Source: Obrimoposthia wandeli
Lineage: Eukaryota
Direction of reading: 5' to 3'
Assembly: GCA_977020255.1 (NCBI GenBank)
Contig: CDROCS010002077.1
Location: 310,001 to 374,000, forward strand
DNA length: 64,000 nucleotides
The notes under the pieces were generated by a model. It had not been told where the DNA came from, made no database searches, and saw only the letters and a list, made by a program, of their open reading frames with translations. Positions within the stretch are counted from its first letter, which is position 1. The number at the start of each line of letters is the position of its first letter. Positions 13,395 through 23,695 of this stretch are shown here, piece after piece. Made by a program: the position numbers and the translations under genes.

Positions 13395-15482
13395 CACAAC
13401 AGATAGGCATAAGTAATAGCACGGTCATAGGTTGAAACAAGGGAGATCAAGGTCACATAAATGGGGCAAGTGAGAGCAAGGTCGCAGAAGCGGGGAAAAG
13501 AGAGAGTAAGATCACAAAGGTGGGGACGAGGAAGAGCAAGTTCACGGAAGCGGGGAAAACGTAATGCAAGATCAATGAAGTGGGGACAAGTGAGATCAAG
13601 GTCACAAAGGTGATGATAAGGGAGAGCAAGATCCCATAGGTGGGGACAAGGGAGCGCAAGGCCACAGAGATGAGAACAATAGAGTGCAAGGTCACGAAGG
13701 TGACGTGAAGATAGAGCAAAGTCACAGAAGTAGAGATACGAGAGCCAAATCACAGAAGCGGGGACAAGATACAGTAAGGTCATAGAGATTAGTACAAGGT
13801 AGAGCAATGCCAGAGATAAGCTGTTTCTTGTATTTAAATCAACACTAAGGTGAGCAAGATCCCATAGGTGGGGACAAGTGAGATCAAGGTCACAAAGGTG
13901 GGACAAGTGAGAGCAAGATCACAAAGGTGGGGACAAGTGAGATCAAGGTCACAAAGGTGGGGACACGTGAGATCAAGGTCACAAAGGTGGGGACAAGTGA
14001 GATCAAGGTCACAAAGGTGGGACAAGGGAGAGCAAGGTTACAGAAGTGGGGACAAGTGAGATCAAGGTCACGAAGGTGACGTGAAGATAGAGCAAGGTCA
14101 CAGAAGCGGAGACAAGTGAGAGCAAGGTCACAAAGGTGGGGACAAGTGAGATCAAGGTCACAAAGGTGGGACATGTGAGAGCAATATCACAAAGGTGGGG
14201 ACAAGTGAGATCAAGATCACAAAGGTGGGGACAAGTGAGATCAAGGTCACAAAGGTTGGGACAAGTGAGATCAAGGTCACAAAGGTGGGGACAAGTGAGA
14301 TCAAGGTCACAAAGGTGGGACAAGGGAGAGCAAGGTTACAGAAGTGGGGACAAGTGAGATCAAGGTCACGAAGGTGACGTGAAGATAGAGCAAGGTCACA
14401 GAAGCGGAGACAAGTGAGAGCAAGATCACAAAGGTGGGGACAAGTGAGATCAAGGTCACAAAGGTGGGGACAAGGGAGAGCAAGGTTACAGAAGTGGGGA
14501 CAAGTGAGATCAAGGTCACAAAGGTGGGGACAAGTGAGATCAAGGTCACAAAGGTGGGGACAAGGGAGAGCAAGGTTACAGAAGTGGGGACAAGTGAGAT
14601 CAAGGTCACAAAGGTGGTACAAATTAGAGCAAGATCACAAAGGTGGGGACAAGTGAGATCTAGGTCACAAAGGTGGGGACAAGTGAGATCAAGGTCACAA
14701 AGGTGGGGACAAGTGAGATCAAGGTCACAAAGGTGGGGACAAGGGAGAGCAAGGTTACAGAAGTGGGGACAAGTGAGATCAAGGTCACGAAAGTGACGTG
14801 AAGATAGAGCAAGGTCACAGAAGCGGGGAAAAGTGAGATCAAGGTCACAAAGGTAGGACAAGTGAGAGCAAGATCACAAAGGTGGGGACAAGTAAGATCA
14901 AGGTCACAAAGGTGGGGACAAGGGAGAGCAAGGTTACAGAAGTGGGGACAAGTGAGATCAAGGTCACGAAAGTGACGTGAAGATAGAGCAAGGTCACAGA
15001 AGCGGGGACAAGTGAGATCAAGGTCACAAAGGTGGGGACAAGTGAGATCAAGGTCACAAAGGTGGGACAAGTGAGAGCAAGACCACAAAGGTCGGGACAA
15101 GTGAGATCAAGGTCACAAAGGTGGGGACAAGTGAGATCAAGGTCACAAATGTGGGGACACGTGAGATCAAGGTCACAAAGGTGGGGACAAGTGAGATCAA
15201 GGTCACAAAGGTGGGGACAAGTGAGATCAAGGTCACAAAGGTGGGGACACGTGAGATCAAGGTCACAAAGGTGGGGGCAAGTGAGATCAAGATTACAGAA
15301 GTGGGGTCAAGGGAGCGCAAGGTCACAGATATGAGAACAAGAGAGTGCAAGGTCACGAAGGTGACGTGAAGAAAGAGCAAGGTCACAGAAGCGGGGACAA
15401 ATGACAGTAAGGTCATAGAGATTAGTACAAGGTAGAGCAATGCCAGAGATAAGCTGTTTTTTGTATTTAAATCAACACTAGG
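13395..15482. repeat. 30-bp minisatellite (GTGGGGACAAGTGAGATCAAGGTCACAAAG) with recurring variant units
   Basis: Directly visible tandem array in GPCR intron 1. It produces the 10-aa periodic ORFs GTSEIKVTKV and CPHLCDLDLT. Confidence 0.97.
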
Positions 15483-16199
15483 GTCTACATTTTCCCATTT
15501 TTTACCGTCCATATCTTCATTTATATTATTAAAATGTGAAATAACCATTATTTGCCATTAGTCCATTAACGACATTTCTAACTAATTTTGTTTGGAAGCT
15601 AAATCCACTATTCCAAGGTTTATGCAACTATTTCCGATTGTTTCTTAAACGCAACTTATATCTGATTTGAGTAGTTTAGCAAAGCCTGACGGTAAAGTAG
15701 TTTTCTTTGTGTTTTTAGAAAGAAACATTTCAAAAATTAGAAATCAGAACCGGTATTTTTAATCTAAAACAATTTAGAACGCAATCGTAATAACGTCATT
15801 AACTATGGAAATGTAAATTAAAAGAACATAAAGATACATATTTCCGAGCATATTTTCAATTAGCCGATGACAAAATGTACCTGCTAACACCGATATGTCC
15901 TCATTCTTAGCCTCTGTAACCAAAAAATCCAAATTTCAGCGATCTAAGAGCAGTTTGAGAAAGAAAAGAATATCTAATTAATTTTCACAATAAATACATT
16001 TTCGATTCCGTGTTTTAACCCTGTTTTGTTTTGGGATTAGCTTGCATAGGCAATAATCAAATCTAATGGACAACTCACTTATCATAATAATTTAAATAGC
16101 AAAATAATATTCGTGTATAAATGATAATGTTTATAAACATGGCATGATCTCAGGACGAAATAGGATGATGATAAATGTATGTACTTATTAAATTTGAAT

Positions 16200-16450
16200 T
16201 TATTATCATGAGGCAGCACGCATACACGTTCATCTTGACGAATTCAAAGAAAACGCAGATGACCACTCAAAGGAACAAGGTGAAAAATATTACAAGTATA
16301 ATAAGTTTCATTTCACAAGCTCTTCCGAGGAGCACTACAAGGATCAGTACAATGAAGGCATTATGGGACTTTATACTTGGAGCTTTTTGCGAGACAGAGA
16401 ACTTAAATATAGTTATCAAACTCGTAGAAAAACGTATTTTGGTTTAATTA
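16200..16450 (+). mobile_element. DNA-transposon transposase C-terminal remnant (probably Sola-type)
   Basis: Manual translation gives HVHLDEFKENADDHSKEQGEK...HYKDQYNEGIMGLYTWSFLRD. This matches the H.HLD.F..N.G..S.EQGERFHQ...Y.GQYNE.M..Y.W.L.R motif family. The superfamily name is uncertain. Confidence 0.45.
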
Positions 16451-16510
16451 TAGAGATGAATTTTGTATCCTCTCTGTATACAATCTTGTATTAAAATAAA
16501 TACGAAAATA

Positions 16511-17057
16511 GGACGTTTCAGACTTTTCAGATTTTTTATTGACATTGATGTTCTTTCTATTAGTTCTTTTTGGGTCAATTTATAAGAAATAGTTAGTTCT
16601 CAAATATCAAAACAAAATCTTACAGTTAAATAATTTATTTATAAACAATATTTACAGCAATAAATTAATCAATTATACTTAGATCTCTGTCTGTCCATAT
16701 CTCGAGGTGAGACAAACGCCTTGAAGAAAATCAGGGATGGACTTGCACTCAGAAGACTTGTCCTCACAAAGATTACGAAGTCCGGTTTGGAGTTCAGTGT
16801 ACATGTTCTTTGTTTTCTTCCTCGGTCTGATACCACGTTCATCTTGTAAAAGAATGCAAGAAACCGGAGCTGCCTCTCCTTGTAAGCACTCAATGAGCTT
16901 CCAGTCTCTAAGATAATTATGTCCAACAAGTGATTGAAACTTATTGTTCCAACCTTCTGAGACGTTGAAAACTATCTATTTCCTATAAATTGACCCAAAG
17001 AAGACTAATAGAAAGAACATAAACTTCTAACAAAAATCGGGAAAGTCTGAAACGTCC
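16511..17057. mobile_element. Small element bounded by imperfect inverted repeats of about 88 bp, containing a MULE-like transposase C-terminal remnant
   Basis: 16511-16598 is the reverse complement of about 16970-17057. The internal minus frame reads ELQTGLRNLCEDKSSECKSIPDFLQGV. No TSD found. Confidence 0.45.
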
Positions 17058-17989
17058 GTTCCCCAATAAATACTTCTACCCTTTGTGTTTCTTTAATTTC
17101 ACGGGAAATACAAAACTTTATTATGTGCTTTTGATATTTTATTATAAAATTGTTAAAGTGTGTTTTTAAAGTCATACGTTATAGGGTTTACACAATTCCT
17201 GTTAAAGCCCATATTTTCCCAACAAAAGCGGGAAGAAACAATAAATTGATCTCCTAAACTCAAAACCGAAGTCTGAACTTGACAATAACTCAAATTCACT
17301 TATTTGTGGCGTACAGCATCAGAAAATCATAATTTTAAATTAAAAAGCTCGTATCACACCATACACGCGAGAAATTTGATTAATTGCATGTAGATAAAAA
17401 TAATACTGTTAACTGATAAGTAGCCCAAACATGCACCTAGAAATAATTTATAATACACAATAACTTTATATTTTGCCGAAGAAAACAAAACATTAATGAT
17501 TAAAGACCTGATTAATATACCCAAAAAATTATAAAAATATGCTTCAAATATTCAATAAATATGCTTTCATGCTTTTCCTAATTTATAATATAAACTGAAA
17601 TGAATACCCAATAAATATTTGTTTGAGAAACACGATACTCCACAAGAAGTCATTTGAAATGAGACAGTCAAAAAAGTTTAAAAAATATTTCTCAATGTTT
17701 CATTTATTGAAGTTTGTCTGTTTTAATAAAAGCTGATCTTTGTTCTTTGAAAATCTTCTTTCGACTGAAGCTGAAGAAACACGTTAGTTTGAAATTCTAA
17801 TATTTATTTCGGGAAAATGTTTGCATAAATTACAATTTTCGGCAGATTCATTCAAATTTTCAGGGATTTCTTTTAGTTGCTGAAAGCCAGCGTTTTTGTT
17901 GAGTACATATTTCATCTTAAGGGTGGCTTCATAATTTTATGTAACTTTTCGCAGATTTATTGACAATATCAATTTAATCAACAAACTAT

Positions 17990-18240
17990 TCAACGTTCCA
18001 GCAGCTCATAATACAAAAAACATCTTTCTGATCCCACAGAATACACAACACTACCTCCGGTTTGATGATTCCGTTTCAGCATCGATGTGACGGCTGGTCC
18101 GGTTTTATCATGGTTTATGTTCTTTAAATGATCGTAATAAATCCATTTTTTGACATCAAGGACAATTCGGTGCAAAGACTTCCGTTCCTGCTTTTGAAGC
18201 AGAGCCTTATACGTGCTTAAGCTCCTTCAAAAACGTGAAA
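17990..18240 (-). mobile_element. Mariner (Mos1-like) transposase fragment
   Basis: LHRIVLDVKKWIYYD...YYELL is a decayed form of FLHRIVTGDEKWIYYDN...WWD..G..YYELL. Confidence 0.7.
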
Positions 18241-19574
18241 ATAAACACTTTCATATTAGGGTGCTTTTATGTTTTTCATTTACAATAAATTAATGTTATT
18301 TAAATTTAGACTGAATTTATAAATGTTCTTTTTATTTTTAATTGGTCAGAAAAAGGTAGAACCTTAATTGTCTTTAACATCAAAATCCTCTTTTCTAAAT
18401 CGTTAAAATCATTATCTATAATTTCTTTCGGATAGTGAGTTGTCATCATTAATGCTCAGGAGCAAACAACATGTTTCTTCAAAATAAATTAATAAAGAAA
18501 AACTTCCAGGAAATGTTGTTTTGCTGGCACATAATTCTAAAATTTAAATATAATGAAAATAATTTAATCTAAATATATAAACAAATGTTGAATAATAAAT
18601 TTTAATCTTACTGTATAGGACAATTATATAAATGAATATCAGCTTAAAACGCAATTAATTGTAGTACATTTTATGAAACGGTAAATACTTATTCAAGTAC
18701 CCAATGATATCTATATCAGATATTTTAAAACTTTTGGCGAGATCGATGTATTTTCCTGATTATTCTGTGAAGTGGTCTTGCCAAATCGGAAATTAAAACT
18801 GAATTTAAAATTCTGAATCACGGAATATTTTTAGATTCAAATTATTGGCATTGTGTTTTTATGATGATGTACGATTAACACCCCCATATGTCCTATATGA
18901 AGATCATAATCCCCCAATCTACTTACTCTATTTGACTCATCGCTTTAGCTAGTATATAACATCTGTTCTTGTTTATTTGCTTCAAATATTTAAATAAATT
19001 AAAGTGCCCTGAAGAATAATACATTTGAACTACATTGGCTATCGATTGTTGCTTATATAGAGTCAAAAACTTTTGTTTTGATTCAAAAATAATTAGCTTT
19101 AAAGTTACTTTCATATTTATATAAGCATTTAGAAATTGAAATTCCAAATTCCATTTATTTCACAAGAATCGACGATAATAGAAGACTGGCAATTCGAGAA
19201 TTGACATCCAAGAAAGAACCCCTGGCTTCCAGGTGCAAGCATACAAACTTAACAAAAGTTGGCAGTGAAAAAGCGAAATAACATTGAAGAATTCAGAAGT
19301 TCATGTTGAGGAATCACGACAGTTAACTACTCAAAGTTGCTGATTCGTAGAGCATCTGAAATAATAATTCTCGAAATTCTCGATAAATTGGCGCTGTATT
19401 AGATAACCTTTATGCTATATAAAAATAACTGGTGAATCAGTTTAGGAGAATCTATACATGTGTGATAAAATATTTGGATATATGTAGGCAGTTCAACTTG
19501 TATTACCTTTTATTTAATTTTGATTTTAGACAAATCGAACAAAGCATTATTGAATATGTGGTCTGCGACTGCAG

Positions 19575-19876
19575 GAGGAAGTCCGCCTCGCGGTATCTGC
19601 CTGGCGTGGTACAGCCTCGACGTCTTCTTCACGGCGACGACCATAATCCACCTGTGTGCCGTCTCCCTGGACCGATACCTCGTCCTCAACGACCCTCTTC
19701 GTCACCATGGTCACGGACCGAGGCCGCCCAGGTCATCTCTGGCGCTGCGGATTGCTCTGGCGTGGCTTGTGCCGTTCTGCATTGCGGGGCCACTGTTTCT
19801 TTTAGCTTTGCGACTGGAGACCAACGAGAAGCCCTCTTTTAGTGCGGGTGATAGCAATGGAGGCAACAGCAGCAAG
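19575..19876 (+). CDS. Aminergic GPCR, exon 2 (TM3-TM4)
   Basis: CLAWYSLDVFFTATTIIHLCAVSLDRY contains C3.25, the amine-binding D3.32 and DRY. Phase-1 acceptor tgcag|GA matches exon 1; donor AAG|gtgaat. Confidence 0.9.
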
Positions 19877-19884
19877 GTGAATGA

Positions 19885-19985
19885 ATAAGAGAGTGAATGA
19901 ATGAGCGTGAGAGTGAGTGAGAGTGAGTGATAGTGAATGAATGAGAGTGCGTGAGAGTGAGTGAGAGAGAGTGGGAGTGAGTGAA
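19885..19985. repeat. (GAGT/GAAT)n microsatellite at the start of GPCR intron 2
   Basis: Directly visible; Polinton 1 is inserted immediately after it. Confidence 0.9.
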
Positions 19986-19999
19986 ATATATTTGACACC

Positions 20000-20115
20000 A
20001 GTAGGTGGATGTGTCCGGTCTAATCCACACCCCCCTCCCCCATTGTCCTTTAAAACCGTGTAGGTGTGTGGAGTGAAATTTCGTGTAGGTGTGTGGAGTG
20101 AAATTTCGTGTATGT
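20000..20115 (+). repeat. Left terminal inverted repeat of Polinton 1
   Basis: Reverse complement of 35788-35888. The left copy has a tandem duplication of gtgtaggtgtgtggagtgaaatttc. Confidence 0.95.
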
Positions 20116-20416
20116 GTGTCTCCATTCCACCCAAAGGGGGGAAGGAAGGGGTACCCCCCCATATTTGTTAAACTTTTCCCATGAATCTCAAAAGTGGTTA
20201 GAGAAGACCACGAGAATCCATATTGACCCCGACGGCTTTTCGCAGACGAGATTTCAAATATTACTACTATTTTTAAGAAAGATTTTAGATTAATAAATTA
20301 CTACATGTTAAATATCTATGTCAGTTTTAGAATTTAGAGGAGAAAAATCGGTCAGATCTATATAATTTAGAGGAGAAAAACAAAATACGAGACAAAATTA
20401 TTTTTCAAAATATTTA

Positions 20417-20881
20417 TTAAACATAAAACAACATATTGGCTTCACTCAAAGTCCAGAGAGGCTGCATTTTCCCGTCATCAGCAAAATATCCATTCTGACG
20501 TATTGAGATATTCCATAGTTCTTCATCTAGAATTGGAGCAATCAAATATCCTAGATCATCTTTAAAATCCAGACTGGGATCAGTTTCAAGCTCGAAACAA
20601 TTTCCTTCATATACATAATCAGGAATGTAAAATCCCAAAATATTTTTCAGTTGATCAAAATCAGATGTTGTTAAAATTTCGATGAGATATTTTTTCTCCA
20701 CTTTTGATATTTTCACAGGATTCATAACTCGTATAATTTGATGCCTCTTTAATATATTACATAGTTTTCCTTTTGAAATTCTTTCTGGATAATAAAAATT
20801 TTCTACACATCTCTTATCCATTCTAAAATAAGGAAACTGATTAAAAACAATGTTTATAAAAAAAATACACATAAGATACAA
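20417..20881 (-). CDS. Uncharacterised Polinton protein, family X paralog A (likely start 20821)
   Basis: Shares PV.ISK....Y......DF..L and F.DD.G....W.I.IR..GY......P.W....A with 20957-21433 and 60589-60970. Confidence 0.7.
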   Translation of the reverse strand: MYLMCIFFINIVFNQFPYFRMDKRCVENFYYPERISKGKLCNILKRHQIIRVMNPVKISKVEKKYLIEILTTSDFDQLKNILGFYIPDYVYEGNCFELETDPSLDFKDDLGYLIAPILDEELWNISIRQNGYFADDGKMQPLWTLSEANMLFYV

Positions 20882-20956
20882 ATAAGATACAAATAAAACT
20901 GATTATTAAATGAAAGAAACATAGTAAAACCGATAACAATTTATTACACACAAAAG

Positions 20957-21433
20957 TTAAAACATAGAAATATGAGCACGTTCAATTTTCCACATAGGCA
21001 ACTTTGTTCCCATTTCATCTTTCTTGTAACCATAAAGTCGAATTGTTACAGTCCATTGCTTCTTTTTCGGAAACGCATCAATATCAACATATCTTCCATA
21101 GTCATCTAGAAATGCTTCATCGGCTCCTCAGATATAAAATTCGTTCTTATTGAAAGTAAAATTTGGAACTGCCTTTTCTATTTTCTGTTTAAAATATTGA
21201 AAATCAGATTTTTGAATACCTGATAGATAGTAGCTGAACTTTCTTCTTTCAATTGTCACAGAATTTACTAAAGCAATCAGTTGAGCCTTCTTCAAGAATC
21301 TGACTTTGTATTTGAAATATTGTTTCACTTCTTCATACATATCCTTATCCGATTCTTCAAACATTTCTTCGTCATCGCTTAATACCCGTTGGCTATCATC
21401 CATTGTTGATAATTGTCTTTGATATGAATGCAT
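20957..21433 (-). pseudogene. Uncharacterised Polinton protein, family X paralog B (one in-frame TGA at 21128-21130)
   Basis: Reading through the TGA continues in frame as GADEAFLDDYGRYVDIDAFPKKKQWTVTIRLYGYKKDEMGTKLPMWKIERAHISMF*. Confidence 0.7.
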
Positions 21434-21644
21434 TTACTGTGATTTGTCCTCCAATGGCACATTATTTTATACTAATTTCTAACAAAGACATGAATCTCAT
21501 TGGTTAATATAACTAAAGCATTGAATTTGATTGGACTAAATCTATATTAAAAATCAAAATTGATTGGAAGAAATATATCATCCAATTATAATAGGTTTGC
21601 AAGATAATTACAAGAAACGTGCAATAAAAAAGCAGGTTCAGACA

Positions 21645-21679
21645 TATATAAAGAAGATTTTACAGAATACAATTTCAGT
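21645..21679 (+). promoter_or_regulatory. TATA box (TATATAAAG) plus TCAGT initiator of the TBP-like gene
   Basis: TATA at 21645, TCAGT at 21675 (30 nt downstream) and ATG at 21683. ATTGG/CCAAT boxes lie at 21500-21590. Confidence 0.6.
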
Positions 21680-21682
21680 CTA

Positions 21683-22212
21683 ATGAAACTCGTAAATATA
21701 AATTATAAAGGTAGAACAGAAGATGATGTTTCGTACTTACCATTCAATGAATGGAAGCCGAGACAATATGTAGAAAAGTTTGACAATTTCACAGTTGTTA
21801 TTTTTCCTACAGGTTAGTTTTTTATTTTATTTTTATATTGAATTCTTTAGGAAATTGTCGTGTTATGGGATGCAAAATACCAATGCTTGGGTTCAATTTA
21901 CCATTTGGAATTCAAATCACTGCAATACAATCAATCACGATTTCGGCTAATCTCGGGAAACAGATAAATCTTTTTAAAACTGCAGAGAAAATGAAAGAAG
22001 AATGCATGTTTGAACCAGAAATTTTTCCTGCTTTCAGTTATTTGAAGTTTAAACCGCTATGTGTAAATATATTTTCCAGTGGTAAAGTTATGATATTGGG
22101 ATTGAAAAATTTTGATTATCCAGACATAGTTGATTTGATTTTAGAAAATATATCTTATTACATCTTGTTATCTTTTTTCTATAAACAAACCCCGTTTAAA
22201 CTTATTGTTTAA
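21683..22212 (+). CDS. TATA-binding-protein-like protein; two exons, 21683-21812 and 21851-22212
   Basis: The spliced product MKLVNINYKG...TVVIFPTGNCRVMGCK...IQSITISANLGKQINL...FEPEIFPAFSYLKFKPLCVNIFSSGKVMILGLK matches both TBP core repeats (TALIFSSGKMVCTGAK; YEPELFPGLIY..P..LLIF.SGKVVLTGAK). A 38-nt GT-AG intron restores the frame. Confidence 0.85.
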
Positions 22213-22486
22213 AATGAATAATACTATAAATAGAGACAATGAAGTGGATCGGCTTGCCGATGAAATATTTTCTGGAAAAATTAGGGGTAAAGAAATTTTA
22301 TCAGAATTAAAAAATAATGATATAACAAGAGATAACATTGAAATATTGGTTAGATCACACGTTATTCGAGAATTTAAAAATCGTACACAAATAAATAAAA
22401 TTATAGCCAAATATTCATTAATTAATTTTTGTATTACATCTACAATAGCTCTAACATTGTACATTTCAATAAGGAAACTTCTATGA
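22205..22486 (+). CDS. Small hypothetical protein with a C-terminal hydrophobic helix
   Basis: 93-aa ORF between the TBP-like gene and the ATPase, with C-terminal YSLINFCITSTIALTLYISI. Confidence 0.5.
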   Translation: MFKMNNTINRDNEVDRLADEIFSGKIRGKEILSELKNNDITRDNIEILVRSHVIREFKNRTQINKIIAKYSLINFCITSTIALTLYISIRKLL

Positions 22487-22523
22487 TAATATAAACAATA
22501 TTAAAAATGAAAGAGTATATGCA

Positions 22524-23171
22524 ATGGAGCTAAATAATAATGCTGTATTTCAAATAGTTGGCCCAAGTGGAAGTGGAAAGACACATTTCGTCTGTAAATT
22601 GTTGCAAAATGAATCTCTTTTCAAATCTAGTTTCAAAAATATTTATTGGCATCATGGTGGAGGAGGGGAAAGCGGGTTAACCAAAACAGAAGTTTGCAAG
22701 TTGAAGGGTATAAAATTTATTGAAGGATTTGATGCAAATTGGTGTGAAAGATTGAAAAAAGAAGATGTAATAATAATTGATGATTTGTATGAGGAGGCTA
22801 ACAAGGAATCGAACTTTAATAATTTATTTACAAAGATTGCAAGACATCGTGAAGTTACAGTTATATTTATCACTCAAAATCTGTTTCACCAAGGAGGTCA
22901 CCATAGAACAAGAAATCTTAATGTACATTACTTAGTTTTATTTAAAAATCCTAGAGATCAAACAGTTGTTGATTTTGTGGCCAGACAGGCATTTCCTCAA
23001 AATAAGAACTTTCTAGTTGATTCATTCCACGATGCTGCTAAACAAGCACATGAGTATATATTTATTGACTTTACACAAGCTTGTCCAGATGATTTACGTG
23101 TTTTAACAGACATATTTAATTCTAAGGGAATAACTGTTTATAAACAAATAGAGAACAATTATAAAAAATAA
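22524..23171 (+). CDS. A32/FtsK-like genome packaging ATPase (intact)
   Basis: Walker A GPSGSGKT, Walker B VIIIDD, and ITQNLF...RTRNLNVHYLVLFKNPRD. Confidence 0.93.
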   Translation: MELNNNAVFQIVGPSGSGKTHFVCKLLQNESLFKSSFKNIYWHHGGGGESGLTKTEVCKLKGIKFIEGFDANWCERLKKEDVIIIDDLYEEANKESNFNNLFTKIARHREVTVIFITQNLFHQGGHHRTRNLNVHYLVLFKNPRDQTVVDFVARQAFPQNKNFLVDSFHDAAKQAHEYIFIDFTQACPDDLRVLTDIFNSKGITVYKQIENNYKK

Positions 23172-23338
23172 ATTTACAAAGTTGATAGTAAAACGTAAAG
23201 TAAAATCTAAGAAATCAAAAAAAAGAATCATTAAGAAAAAAGAAGTGAAAAAATTAATCAAATCTGTAGTTAAAAATAAAAAAAAACTTAAATGGCTTCG
23301 AATATAAACAATATTTAAATTGAACCTTTTTTATTAAA

Positions 23339-23667
23339 ATGAAGAAAATACAAAGAAGCATACCCTATTTTAAAGCTTTAGTCAAAGCCTCTTCTAATAA
23401 GAGAATGATTATTCTTAAAGCATTTCCATCCTTTGTTGTAGATGATTTATTGGAAGTTTTATATAATATAGTTTTGGGTCGAGTAAAAGTTGGAAATCGG
23501 AAAAATATATTAAAGAAATATAGAAAAACTCTTCTAGATATTGCTAATGTAAAAGTAAAAAAAGGAAACGAAATATTATTCTTAAACAGAATGGTGGTTT
23601 CATAGGGGCTGTTATTCCAGTTGTTGCTTCAATTATCAGTAGTATTATAGCTGCGACAGGTTCATAA
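23339..23667 (+). pseudogene. Conserved small Polinton virion protein with a C-terminal Q.GG|F hydrophobic tail (frameshifted)
   Basis: SIPYFKAL...VVDDL...L plus a shifted tail, QNGGFIGAVIPVVASIISSIIAATGS*. Homologous to 59446-59856. Confidence 0.7.
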
Positions 23668-23695
23668 ACAATTATTTGTAAAATCAGCTAAAGAT

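Noticed and set aside
13337-15548. Many Cys/His-rich or Arg-rich ORFs (CPHLCDLDLT, GTSEIKVTKV, RSRSQRWGQV), and a possible CRISPR-like array
   Set aside because: These are by-products of a 30-bp minisatellite inside an intron. There are no unique spacers, and the DNA is eukaryotic.
21683-22212. Host TBP/TRF gene
   Set aside because: It lies inside Polinton TIRs, is AT-rich like the element, is far too divergent for a cellular TBP, and has a homolog in the second element.
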